Under the pieces are notes generated by a model. The model did no database searches. It was not told the DNA's origin and saw only the letters and a program-made list of their open reading frames with translations. From the IMG/VR virus record IMGVR_UViG_3300024306_000013: 64,000 nt of DNA. The stretch is one strand, 5' to 3'. The stretch's first letter is position 1. Each line of letters opens with the position of its first letter. This DNA is from a virus. This document shows positions 54,792 to 64,000 of the stretch, in pieces. A program made the translations under genes and the position numbers.

Positions 54792-56113
54792 CAGATCTTT
54801 TCGCCTCGCTTGAATCCACGGAATCGCATGAACCTTGGGAATCGCAGGCTGTAGCTGCCATCTTGATTCTGCGTGATCGCGTCCGCACGTACTTCTACCA
54901 ATTGACCAGGCAGAGTATCACGGTTAGCCCAAAACTCAGTTCGATTAGCGTCGCTAAAGCCACTACCAACATTGACGGCAATCTGCTTCCCGTCGTCGAG
55001 TCCGGAGCAAACGAAAGCTCCAAGTCTTCCCACGTTTCTACCAGTACCTTCTTCAACATCTTTGACCTCCAAAGTAACTTCGATAAAGGGTTTCTGCTTG
55101 AGCCAACTGACTGTTCTTTTGGTTTCGTATGGCGCATCGGGATTCTTGATCATGATGCCTTCGTAGCCCTTTTCGATGATCTGCTTGTTGTAGTCTGAGA
55201 ACAAGATACGTCCCACAGCAGTGTCTAGATCCACTTCAGTCTGCTCGATGATATCGATGTTGCCGCAGAGATCAAACACGGGTTTGAAAGATTTAAGCAA
55301 ATTGCTACGGCGTCGTTGACCCATGATCGAAGTACCACTTTTAAATTCTGACAGCGGAACAATATCAAACAGCATCAGTCGTGCGTCCTGTGCCTGTACA
55401 TCTTCTTTGCGATGTACCTGCTTCATGAGATCCTGGAAGCTGGCACTAACCACTTCACCGTCTAGCACATAGCTTCGGCCCAGCTCGTCGATACGAGACA
55501 GCAGTGCTGCCGTGATGTGACTGAAGTTTTCTAGAACTTTGCCGTTGCGTGTGAACTGTGTGACAGTACGAGCTTGATAGTCTACCACGGTCAAACAGCG
55601 AACACCGTCCAGCTTGGGCTCTAGCAGTTTGACTCCTGCGATCTTTTTTTCGTGATTGGCACCATCGTGGGCCAATTGGCATTCAAACACGGGCACACTG
55701 TACTCTGGGCGATTCTGCTTATCTGCTACACTGTTAACGGTCTTTTCGGAAACGCCACAGCGCAGGTCCTTGATAAGGATACGTCGATACCAATCGTTCC
55801 ATTGTTCCTTGGTAGCCACATCCATGGCCAGTTTGATAGCATCACGGGCATCATGCCCTGTGAGCGCACGAGTACGCAGGCTTTCAGCCAATTGCGTGAA
55901 GCTGGCCCAATCAAGACCCTGTCCATCTGCCTTGCTCACAGGCACTTGCTTGACACCAAATGTATGTAGTTTGTCCAGAGCCCAACGCACACCATCAAAG
56001 AACTCATCTAGATTCTCGTTCATGGCCTTGGCCAAGATCACTTCTTTAGCCAAACGACTGTTATCTGCTTCTAGCTGTTGGATGATAGTCTGTGGTTGTG
56101 TTCGCATGGTCAC
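54791..56113 (-). CDS. ATP-dependent DNA ligase
   Basis: EPKLDGVR (motif I), LDGEV, FDIV, EGIMIK, WLK.K, LRFPRF. Confidence 0.93.
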   Translation of the reverse strand: MTMRTQPQTIIQQLEADNSRLAKEVILAKAMNENLDEFFDGVRWALDKLHTFGVKQVPVSKADGQGLDWASFTQLAESLRTRALTGHDARDAIKLAMDVATKEQWNDWYRRILIKDLRCGVSEKTVNSVADKQNRPEYSVPVFECQLAHDGANHEKKIAGVKLLEPKLDGVRCLTVVDYQARTVTQFTRNGKVLENFSHITAALLSRIDELGRSYVLDGEVVSASFQDLMKQVHRKEDVQAQDARLMLFDIVPLSEFKSGTSIMGQRRRSNLLKSFKPVFDLCGNIDIIEQTEVDLDTAVGRILFSDYNKQIIEKGYEGIMIKNPDAPYETKRTVSWLKQKPFIEVTLEVKDVEEGTGRNVGRLGAFVCSGLDDGKQIAVNVGSGFSDANRTEFWANRDTLPGQLVEVRADAITQNQDGSYSLRFPRFMRFRGFKRGEKI

Positions 56114-56160
56114 TCCTAACTGTTAATATACATGTATTATAGCACAGCAGAAACCCTTTG

Positions 56161-56523
56161 TCAATCAAGGCGACTGATCTGTAAGTCTTTGATTTTAATA
56201 AGACTTTCCACGTAATCTATGACGTTTTGGCTGCGTGTATCGCGGATCCATTCGCTCAAGGCCCTGATCTCAGCACAGCGTTTGACTTTGAAATGCTTGA
56301 GTACTTCTCTTTCTAGCCAGCGTATCTCTTGTTCTTCGCCCACCCATGTGGCTTCAAACTGAAACGGATAGTCGGGCCCTATGGCCTGTTGATAATCACA
56401 GCTACGACTGTCTAGGCTTTTGGCGATGCCTATCTTGGCTGAACAGCGACCAGTCAGTTCCTGTAAAGGTTTGAGTGTTTCAAACGTATAGAGATTATAG
56501 GACACGATTGACAGCCTTGCCAA
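56161..56523 (-). CDS. T5orf172 / GIY-YIG-superfamily small protein
   Basis: KIGIAKSLDSR...YQ...P; LE..V..HF...SEW. Confidence 0.55.
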   Translation of the reverse strand: MARLSIVSYNLYTFETLKPLQELTGRCSAKIGIAKSLDSRSCDYQQAIGPDYPFQFEATWVGEEQEIRWLEREVLKHFKVKRCAEIRALSEWIRDTRSQNVIDYVESLIKIKDLQISRLD

Positions 56524-57601
56524 AGTCTACGCTAGACGGAATAGGAATAGTCTTGTTCATGTATTTGTTAGCGAGGTAAGCCAACCCATACATGACCTGA
56601 TGATTGTGTTTATGAGCACCTTCTCCGTCTGTGATTTCGCTGTAGGCATCTTTGATAAAGTCGTCCGCGAACTCGATGATATTCCACCGATTCTTCAGTA
56701 TGGTAGCCAGCTGATCCTGATCAGCTTTAGACCAAGGTGCTTTGTTCCTAGCAGTTTCTCTGTTCATGAGTAACCCAAAGCTGGCGCTGAGGCAGGGATC
56801 CACGGTTTCGTTGGGCCAATGTTCCTTCCACCAAGACAGAGCTGTGTTTAGAGCAGTACCATTCTTGTCCAATTCCCAAAGGAAATGTACGTCATTTAGA
56901 TTGTGTACGGTCATGCCTGCGTTGGCATCCTGTTTGACTTTGAACCCTAATGGATCGATCACATTATGGATGCTGTATTCTGGTTCCTGTTTTTGTACCA
57001 CAGCGATACGATAGATGTCGAACTTGCTGGGCTTCTTGACATTTTTAGAATTAAGGCTGAGAAAGATTTCTCCAGCTATTTCGATAGCTAACTGTAGTGT
57101 ATCTTGGAAACTGCCTTGATCTGGGATGTCTGTGATTTCAAAAGGCAGATAGTCGTCGCCTCTGAGAATGCGTGTGACAGAAGTGTGTCCCGAATCCGCA
57201 GGCAACACGATGCTGCCGTATACTTCAGGCAGTCTAACACCTTTGCCGGAACGAGCGCAGGGCTCAAAGTAATGATTAAAGATATTGATCACATTACCAC
57301 AATAGGTGTTGCGTTGGAACATCCAGTGTGTGAACACAGTGGATTTGTGTATGAGTATACCGCTAGTGGAAGTCATGTTGATAGCAGAATACTTATTGCC
57401 CAAAGGACTAGTGATCTTGTTCTGTATCATGATACCCACGCCGTCGGCGATATCGGTCAAAGGCACCAATCCGTGTTCATAGTTAGCAGACATCTCCTCG
57501 ATGTCAAGGAACACATTGGTTAGTGTAAAAGGATGCTTAAACTTTGACTTGTAAGCAGTCAGCTTCTGCTGCTTTACAAATGATTGGTTAAGTCTAGCCA
57601 T
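56495..57601 (-). CDS. Hypothetical protein with a possible ParB/Srx-like N-terminal region
   Basis: FQR...NI..F....ADSGHT pattern resembles ParB-like folds; weak. Confidence 0.45.
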   Translation of the reverse strand: MARLNQSFVKQQKLTAYKSKFKHPFTLTNVFLDIEEMSANYEHGLVPLTDIADGVGIMIQNKITSPLGNKYSAINMTSTSGILIHKSTVFTHWMFQRNTYCGNVINIFNHYFEPCARSGKGVRLPEVYGSIVLPADSGHTSVTRILRGDDYLPFEITDIPDQGSFQDTLQLAIEIAGEIFLSLNSKNVKKPSKFDIYRIAVVQKQEPEYSIHNVIDPLGFKVKQDANAGMTVHNLNDVHFLWELDKNGTALNTALSWWKEHWPNETVDPCLSASFGLLMNRETARNKAPWSKADQDQLATILKNRWNIIEFADDFIKDAYSEITDGEGAHKHNHQVMYGLAYLANKYMNKTIPIPSSVDFGKAVNRVL

Positions 57602-57658
57602 AGCTCAACTTTCTGTTAGTTGCGATAATTTAAAATGTAACGGATTTTGTATTATTTG

Positions 57659-58579
57659 TCAACCTGGCAGATCTAGTCCGGTGTAGAGATAGCCAATTTG
57701 GGCGGGCTCTGCGAACACGAAAAGATCTGAAGGATTAGAATAGTTGCGTATCAGTATCTCTTCGCCCTTGCTTTTGGTAGCATAGTCTGCGTCATTGCCC
57801 GAACGAGTGGCAGCAGAGCGATAGACGCTTTGCCTATGCCAATTGAACTGTGATTCTGGATACCAAGTACGCAGGTCTTCGAAATCATAATAACTGAGAG
57901 CGAACTTACCTTCTATATTGGCTAGTGTGTCTGCCAATTCTTTGTGTTTGTCTCTAGGAAAGTCTTGGCTGTAATAGAACTCCATGCTGTGATAAGGAGG
58001 ATCTACGTAAAAGAATGTATCAGGACTGTCGTATTTCTTTATGACATCGATACAGTCTAGTTTCTCCACAGCAGTGATAGCTGAAAGCCTATCCGTGATC
58101 CTATGATCAGACAGCTTGCGTTTTAATGTATCATATTTGCTAGGATACTTGCCACCTGCTTTGGTTTCTGTGAAGTAAGGCACATTGTTAGCACTAAGCG
58201 GTGTACCTGCGAATACCTGTGTCTGTAAGTAAAGATATTTGACAGCTAGATCATAGTCGCCTAGGATAACAGTTTGCCAATCTAGATCCACGAACAGTTC
58301 TTTTTGATACTGTCTATATAAGTTGATATCGCTCTTGGGAGTGGCATTCATCAGGCTCAGTACCCTGGCATGATCCAAACGAAAACATTCGAACACATTG
58401 GCTAACAGTGGATTATAGTCGTTGTAGTAACGATCTTTGGCCCATGTGCCTACGTTCTTGCTTTTCACAGAGACCCACCCTGCTCCACCGAACACTTCTA
58501 CAAAGATAGAATAGTTCGATGGAAACAGAGGATCCATCCATTTAATATGATGAGCTTTGCCGCCTATATATGGAAACAT
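57659..58579 (-). CDS. D12-class N6-adenine DNA methyltransferase (Dam family)
   Basis: PYIGGK, FVEVFGGAG, NDYN, FFYVDPPY, KFALSY, EILIRNY. Confidence 0.9.
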   Translation of the reverse strand: MFPYIGGKAHHIKWMDPLFPSNYSIFVEVFGGAGWVSVKSKNVGTWAKDRYYNDYNPLLANVFECFRLDHARVLSLMNATPKSDINLYRQYQKELFVDLDWQTVILGDYDLAVKYLYLQTQVFAGTPLSANNVPYFTETKAGGKYPSKYDTLKRKLSDHRITDRLSAITAVEKLDCIDVIKKYDSPDTFFYVDPPYHSMEFYYSQDFPRDKHKELADTLANIEGKFALSYYDFEDLRTWYPESQFNWHRQSVYRSAATRSGNDADYATKSKGEEILIRNYSNPSDLFVFAEPAQIGYLYTGLDLPG

Positions 58580-58611
58580 ACACTAATTATACAGTCGCTA
58601 AGACACGACCG

Positions 58612-59124
58612 TCAAGTGTTGAGATAGTCTGCCCAACTTGGATGCCTCATGTGGAATCCAAACTTGCGGCGCTTTTCTGTAAGTTCCCAATAGTCAGGAC
58701 GATAAGGTTTGCGTTTAGGCTTCATCTTGGTCTTATCGGCCTTGAGATAGTTACAGTGTTTACAAGCAGTAGACAGGTTATCCCAAGTGCTGCGGCCGCC
58801 CTTTGAAAACGGAATCACGTGATCTAATGTAGCGTCAGCACCACACTCTATACCGCAATACTGACAGAGATACTCGTCGCGAAGAAACACGTTGCGTTTG
58901 GTTAGACGCACATAGGTCTTCTTCTTGAAGTATTCTTTGAGTATAACGATAGCGGGCACACGAGTCTGCCAATTGGCTGATCTCACGATCCAATCTTCGT
59001 GCCAAGCGAGAACTTCTACCTTTTCTAATACAAGGTATCGAATGGCATCTTGCCAAGAGATCGTGCTCAAAGGCAAAAGACTGACAGGCTGTGCGTCTGC
59101 GTTTAGTAATAGGGTATCTGACAT
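58612..59124 (-). CDS. HNH endonuclease (McrA/HNH_5-like)
   Basis: LLLNAD..P, RNVFLRD.Y.CQYCG, TLDHVIP.SKGG..TWDNL.TAC..CN..K. Confidence 0.88.
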   Translation of the reverse strand: MSDTLLLNADAQPVSLLPLSTISWQDAIRYLVLEKVEVLAWHEDWIVRSANWQTRVPAIVILKEYFKKKTYVRLTKRNVFLRDEYLCQYCGIECGADATLDHVIPFSKGGRSTWDNLSTACKHCNYLKADKTKMKPKRKPYRPDYWELTEKRRKFGFHMRHPSWADYLNT

Positions 59125-59218
59125 TTTGAACTTCTTTGGGAGTTTGTTAATGTATTTAACAGTCAAATAATACACTCAGAACCTTAATCGGTCAATGGGT
59201 ATCAGTGATAGATAAGTG

Positions 59219-60052
59219 ATGAAAACAAAAATACTGATCACAGGCGCTGCGGGTTTTTTGGGCAGTCATTTGGTTACAGCACTTAAAGATCTCTATGATG
59301 TTCTAGCATTAGACAAAAACTATCATGAGTTCGATGAACAAGTTCAATTTCTTTGGCAACCATTTGAAACTGTGGATAGACTAAACATAGAAGATGTGTC
59401 TGCGGTCATACATTGTGCCAACGAAGCTAGGATAGATCCCAGTTGGCAGCATTATGAAAAATACTATCAGACCAATCTGACTAACACAGCCAAGTTCTTT
59501 GAATATTGTCAATCTATAGGAATCAAAAAGTTTATCTATGTCAGCAGCAGTTCTGCCAAACATCCTTTCAATCCTTATGCTATCAGCAAGTTGGCTAGCG
59601 AGTATACACTAAAAGCTCTAACAAAAGACTGTCAACTAATCATAGCTAGGCCTTTTACTATCTATGGTCCGGGTATGGTCTTAGGAAATAGAGGCACAGC
59701 TATAGGCAAATTTATAGATCGATATCTAAACAAATTGCCTCTAGAAGTACGCGGTGAAGGTACACAGCGTAGAGATTATATTCATGTTGACGATGTAGTC
59801 AGAGCTATGCTACTATTATTAGATAAAGCTGATCCTGGAACATATGATGTAGGCACAGGGCAAAACGTCAGCATCAACGAAATCGCTGATGTTTTCGAAA
59901 CTAATGTCCTACACGCTATTCCCAAGGGCATAGAATACGATACGCTAGCTGATCGTTCGGATCTAGAGCAATTTGGATTCGCTGCTGATCAACGTGTGAT
60001 AAAATGGTTGAAACAACAAAAACAGGAATCATTCAAGGAGTTATTATGCTAG
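59219..60052 (+). CDS. NAD-dependent epimerase/dehydratase (extended SDR)
   Basis: [13 protein letters not shown] (YxxxK), RPFTIYG, RDYIHV.DV. Confidence 0.88.
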   Translation: MKTKILITGAAGFLGSHLVTALKDLYDVLALDKNYHEFDEQVQFLWQPFETVDRLNIEDVSAVIHCANEARIDPSWQHYEKYYQTNLTNTAKFFEYCQSIGIKKFIYVSSSSAKHPFNPYAISKLASEYTLKALTKDCQLIIARPFTIYGPGMVLGNRGTAIGKFIDRYLNKLPLEVRGEGTQRRDYIHVDDVVRAMLLLLDKADPGTYDVGTGQNVSINEIADVFETNVLHAIPKGIEYDTLADRSDLEQFGFAADQRVIKWLKQQKQESFKELLC

Positions 60053-60633
60053 TACCAATGGTAGTTGAATCCACAAGCAAAGGTGAACGTGCCTATGACA
60101 TTTACAGTCGTTTGTTAAAAGAACGTGTAGTCATGCTTAACGGAGAAGTTGAAGATCACATGGCCAGTTTGGTCGTTGCTCAATTATTGTTCTTGGAAAG
60201 CGAGAATCCAGACAAAGAAATCAACTTGTTTATCAACAGCCCCGGAGGTGTAGTCACAGCAGGTATGAGCATCTATGATACCATGCAGTTCATCAAATGT
60301 CCTGTAGCTACCTATGTTATGGGGCAAGCCTGTTCGATGGGCAGTCTACTAGCACAAGCAGGAGCTCCAGGCAAGCGTTACATGTTGCCCAATGCTCGAC
60401 ACATGATCCATCAGCCCTCGGGCGGTGCTCGTGGACAGGCCACAGACATCCAGATCCAGGCACGTGAGATCCAAAAGATGAAAGAGAATCTCACGATGAT
60501 CTATGTCAAACACAACTCTAAGGGCAAGACTTATGAAGAGTTTGCTGCTGATATGGAACGTGACTTTTTCATGAGCGCCGAAGAAGCTCTATCCTACGGA
60601 CTCATCGATCATATCATCGATAAGCGTCCATGA
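60046..60633 (+). CDS. clpP: ATP-dependent Clp protease proteolytic subunit
   Basis: DIYSRLL, INSPGG, ACSMG (Ser), IHQP (His), MERDFF (Asp). Confidence 0.97.
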   Translation: MLVPMVVESTSKGERAYDIYSRLLKERVVMLNGEVEDHMASLVVAQLLFLESENPDKEINLFINSPGGVVTAGMSIYDTMQFIKCPVATYVMGQACSMGSLLAQAGAPGKRYMLPNARHMIHQPSGGARGQATDIQIQAREIQKMKENLTMIYVKHNSKGKTYEEFAADMERDFFMSAEEALSYGLIDHIIDKRP

Positions 60634-61427
60634 AGAAACGTCTGTTCACTTTTGGCTGTAGTTATGTGGATTGGACATGGCCCACATGGGCCGACATGTT
60701 GGGTCGCAGCTACGACTTCCAAAATTGGGCTGTTCGAGGCTCTGGTAACAGAGCTATAGCACAGCGTCTATCGGAAGCCATACTCAGCCAAAAGATAGGC
60801 CCAGGTGATCTAGTCATAGTACAATGGACACACTTCCATAGATTCGATCATCATGCCACTGGCCTTACAGAATTCGGCAACTGGAGCATGAGCGGTAACA
60901 TACACTCGTGTGCTGTTATGATCAGATGGGTTCTAGAATCATGGCAGGAAAAAAGCTACGCTATGTACAGCTTGAATGAAATACATTCGGCCATGGCGTT
61001 GCTGGAAAGCACAGGCTGTGAATATTATATCACCAGTGGGCCTGATCTACGCAAAGACTATCAACACTTCGATGACCTACGTATCTACGATGTATTGTGG
61101 GAAAAATACGATTGGCTAGAACCCATACAGGAGTTCACAGACTCTACAGGCTATAAAGGTACTACCTTAAAAAGAAAAATCATGAACTGGACTTTTAACA
61201 AACTGACGCCCACGACTACCACAGATCCGCATCCCAATCCAGAACATCATCTCATGTGGTTGGAAAGAAATCTATTAGATAAACTGGATATCGAGTTTGA
61301 TAGGAAGTTTGCTGAAGATGCTATCGCTGTCTACAAAACACTGACTGACTGGGATACAGCTGATGGTATACTCAAAGAGCAGTTGGGTTGGACCAGCAGA
61401 CTTAATCAAAGATTCTTAGGACTTTAA
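60630..61427 (+). CDS. SGNH-hydrolase-like hypothetical protein
   Basis: FGCSY, G.GN, VQWT, DPHP blocks. Confidence 0.55.
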   Translation: MKKRLFTFGCSYVDWTWPTWADMLGRSYDFQNWAVRGSGNRAIAQRLSEAILSQKIGPGDLVIVQWTHFHRFDHHATGLTEFGNWSMSGNIHSCAVMIRWVLESWQEKSYAMYSLNEIHSAMALLESTGCEYYITSGPDLRKDYQHFDDLRIYDVLWEKYDWLEPIQEFTDSTGYKGTTLKRKIMNWTFNKLTPTTTTDPHPNPEHHLMWLERNLLDKLDIEFDRKFAEDAIAVYKTLTDWDTADGILKEQLGWTSRLNQRFLGL

Positions 61428-62602
61428 AAATATCTTCGAAGCTTGTCTACTAGATCTTCCATCATAGCATCGCTATGGAAAGGTGTAGGGGCAAAACGCA
61501 GCCTTTCCGTGCCTACAGGTACTGTGGGATAGTTGATAGGTTGTACGTAGATATTATGCTCATTTAGCAGTTCGTCTGATATCTTCTTACACTTAAACGC
61601 ATCACCAACTATTACTGGCACGATATGCGTTTCACTTTCCATAACAGGCAGACTGTTAGTCTTTAACAACTGTTTCAATTTAGCTGCTCGTTCTTGATGT
61701 CGATCTCTAAGCTCGCTATGTTGCTTGAGATATTTTACAGCGGCCAGTGCTCCGGCACAGATCACTGGGCTGATACTGGTAGTGAATATAAAACCGCTAG
61801 CGATGCTGCGGATAGCATCTATAACTATCTTATCAGCAGCAATGTATCCACCTTGTACTCCGTAGGCTTTCCCAAGCGTACCGTTGACTATGTCGACGTC
61901 ATTCTCTAATCCTAATTGCTCTATGATCCCGCCGCCCTGCTCACCGTAGAGACCTACCGCATGTACTTCGTCCACATAGATCATAGCAGCGTACAGTCTA
62001 GATAGTTTGATAATTTCTTTTAGTTTAGAAATATCCCCGTCCATAGAGTAAACAGATTCTAGCACGACACAGGCCTTGCCTTTGACGGTTTCTAGCTTCT
62101 CTTTGAGATCCGCTAGATCATTGTGTCGGAAGATGTGTTTAGGCGCTCGGCTATGGCGCATACCCTCTATGAGGCTAGCATGATTCTTAGAATCTGAAAC
62201 AAACTCTATGTTGGGGATAATCTTTGCTAGCGCGATTAATGTCCACTCGTTGGCCACGTAAGCACTGCTAAACAACAGAGCTCCGCTCTTTTTGTGTAGA
62301 GTTGCTAGTTCGTGTTCTAGAGCCACATGGTAGTGTGTTGTTCCTGCGATGTTACGTGTACCTCCTGAACCCGCACCCGTTTGATCGAGTGCTGTGCGCA
62401 TGGCATCTAGCACAACTTTGTGCTGTCCCATGCCTAAGTAATCGTTGGAGCACCAGTTGACTATCTTCTTAATATTGTAGGGACCATACCATATAGCGTG
62501 TGGATAGTCTCCAGCTTCGCGCAGGATATCATTAAAAACCCTATATTTCCCCTCAGCTTTCAGCTGGTCAATCAGTCTTTGGAACGGTTCTTTATTAATC
62601 AT
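61424..62602 (-). CDS. hemA: 5-aminolevulinate synthase (class II PLP aminotransferase)
   Basis: WCSNDYLGM, GSGGTRNIAG, SVYSMDGD, VDEVHAVGLYG, GTLGKAYG, QPINYPTV..GTERLR. Confidence 0.92.
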   Translation of the reverse strand: MINKEPFQRLIDQLKAEGKYRVFNDILREAGDYPHAIWYGPYNIKKIVNWCSNDYLGMGQHKVVLDAMRTALDQTGAGSGGTRNIAGTTHYHVALEHELATLHKKSGALLFSSAYVANEWTLIALAKIIPNIEFVSDSKNHASLIEGMRHSRAPKHIFRHNDLADLKEKLETVKGKACVVLESVYSMDGDISKLKEIIKLSRLYAAMIYVDEVHAVGLYGEQGGGIIEQLGLENDVDIVNGTLGKAYGVQGGYIAADKIVIDAIRSIASGFIFTTSISPVICAGALAAVKYLKQHSELRDRHQERAAKLKQLLKTNSLPVMESETHIVPVIVGDAFKCKKISDELLNEHNIYVQPINYPTVPVGTERLRFAPTPFHSDAMMEDLVDKLRRYF

Positions 62603-62649
62603 GGTCTTCCGATAAATATGTAGTAAAAGTATATTTAAGGTGCTGCCAA

Positions 62650-62874
62650 ATGGATATAATCAAACTTGATGTTCCGCTGTTTATCAGGCTGATAGAACTA
62701 GCTCGAGAGGACATAAAAAACGATATGGACCTACATGATGTTGCTGAGATAGTCACAAAGATCAGTCAGAATAGGGTAGCGACCATGAAAGACTACGATC
62801 AGATTTTAGAATTTATGAAACGTCAAGGACAAGAAGATGAGCTTGACACTATCAGAAGGTTGGGCGGAATATAA
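62650..62874 (+). CDS. Hypothetical protein
   Basis: DVPLFIRLIE.ARE...D..LH.V.E; late promoter upstream. Confidence 0.6.
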   Translation: MDIIKLDVPLFIRLIELAREDIKNDMDLHDVAEIVTKISQNRVATMKDYDQILEFMKRQGQEDELDTIRRLGGI

Positions 62875-63164
62875 TGGCTAAACAGACAATCAATGTTTCG
62901 ACAGCGAACAGCGGCAAGGGCGATCCATTACGCACTGCTTTTGTAAAGATCAATGAAAATTTTACAGAACTTTATACAAAATTAGGTCTTATATCAGATC
63001 CTACTTTGAATCTAGGGGCCTTTGAATTCAATGGCAGCACACTCAGCACCACTGATAGCACACCTATCATCATTGCTCAACGGACGACATTCGCCAGTGA
63101 TGTAGTGATAAATGGAGATTTAACGATCGATGGTGGAGTAGCTGCTACATGGCTGACTCCATAA
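62874..63164 (+). CDS. Short virion structural protein with a T4 gp9/gp10-like N-terminus
   Basis: MAKQTIN...GKGDPLR.AF.KINENF.ELY. Confidence 0.65.
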   Translation: MAKQTINVSTANSGKGDPLRTAFVKINENFTELYTKLGLISDPTLNLGAFEFNGSTLSTTDSTPIIIAQRTTFASDVVINGDLTIDGGVAATWLTP

Positions 63165-63207
63165 AATTAATAAGTATTATCAATAGTAATATAACAGGAC
63201 TAGACAA

Positions 63208-64000
63208 ATGACAACAAGAATCAAATTACGACGAGACACTGCCGCAAATTGGACAGCAGCGAATCCAATACTATCTCTCGGTGAACCGGGTTATGATACT
63301 ACCAATAATAAACTCAAGATTGGTGACGGAACTAGTACCTGGACGCAACTAGACTATCTAACTGATGCGACTTTAGGAGGAGATGTCGGAATAGTAGCAG
63401 GAAACATACTTCCTTCTGTTGATAATACTTACGACCTAGGTAGTCCTGATAAACAATGGCGTCACGTATATACAGCAGGCGGCAGTATCTACTTAGACAA
63501 TATTAAACTTACCAACAATGCTGGTAAACTTGAAGTAACAAAAGTTATCAATCCTGGCGAAGAAAACGAAGAACCAGATCCAGAAGACAGCAACGCCGGT
63601 GATTCTGTTACATCAAAATTAACCAACGGTGAACACGAATTTAAATTAGAAGACGACGGTACACTAAGTTTAGACGGTGATCCTTTCACAGGAGGTGGCG
63701 GTGCCAGCACAGGACAGTGGGCATTCAATGGTGACACAGCCTACAACAGCACAGGCAATGGTCTATACATACAGCCTGGACAAGGCAATGCTGATGGCAG
63801 CATTTATATACCAACTACTGAAGAAGGCGGCGATCTAACTATTAGCAACAACAGTGGCGGCACTGGTGCTGTTACTGTATCGACTAATAACAAGACTTGG
63901 GTATTTGACGCTAACGGTAATTTATCATTACCCGCAGGTGGTGATATTCTAGATTCTTCAGGCATATCAGTTCTAGGTGGCGGTGGCGGTGGTAGTAGTG
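63208..64000 (+). CDS. Tail fibre / tropism-determinant-like protein, partial (runs off the right edge)
   Basis: Manual translation: MTTRIKLRRDTAANWTAANPILSLGEPGYDTTNNKLKIGDGTSTW (Mtd/hyaluronidase N-terminal motif). Confidence 0.75.
   Translation, partial: MTTRIKLRRDTAANWTAANPILSLGEPGYDTTNNKLKIGDGTSTWTQLDYLTDATLGGDVGIVAGNILPSVDNTYDLGSPDKQWRHVYTAGGSIYLDNIKLTNNAGKLEVTKVINPGEENEEPDPEDSNAGDSVTSKLTNGEHEFKLEDDGTLSLDGDPFTGGGGASTGQWAFNGDTAYNSTGNGLYIQPGQGNADGSIYIPTTEEGGDLTISNNSGGTGAVTVSTNNKTWVFDANGNLSLPAGGDILDSSGISVLGGGGGGSS

Noticed and set aside
1-64000. Stop-codon recoding, inteins or group I introns in core genes
   Set aside because: Terminase, helicases, UvsX, primase and ligase are intact and of normal length under code 11, with no splicing motifs

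Overview
This is a 64-kb segment of a large T4-like (myovirus) bacteriophage genome. No host chromosome, CRISPR array, rRNA or intein was seen. 1-13.8 kb holds morphogenesis genes (neck gp14/gp13, dNMP kinase, sheath, tube, gp4, terminase subunits). 14.4-34.7 kb holds recombination and replication genes (gp32, UvsX, UvsY, UvsW, gp62-like, a 194-aa mini-DnaE, primase, helicase), interrupted by a ~6.8-kb glycosylation island. 36.7-51.5 kb is a higher-GC, minus-strand early region built from 23 near-consensus sigma70 promoter cassettes, with MoxR/VWA, an AAA ATPase and a tRNA(CAU). 51.5-64 kb holds a repeat-rich non-coding locus, envelope proteins, YqgE, ligase, a Dam-family MTase/HNH cluster, epimerase, ClpP, ALA synthase and the start of a tail-fibre gene. 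The most striking unexplained structure is regulatory. Early genes share a non-canonical RBS (AGGAGCG). Two unrelated genes that lack it carry 3'-UTR hairpins with different stems but an identical loop (AUUCGCUCC) complementary to that RBS. Many late and replication genes appear leaderless. Together this suggests an RNA-based early-gene shut-off circuit, which is inference and untested. All protein calls come from motif recognition by eye, with no database searches.
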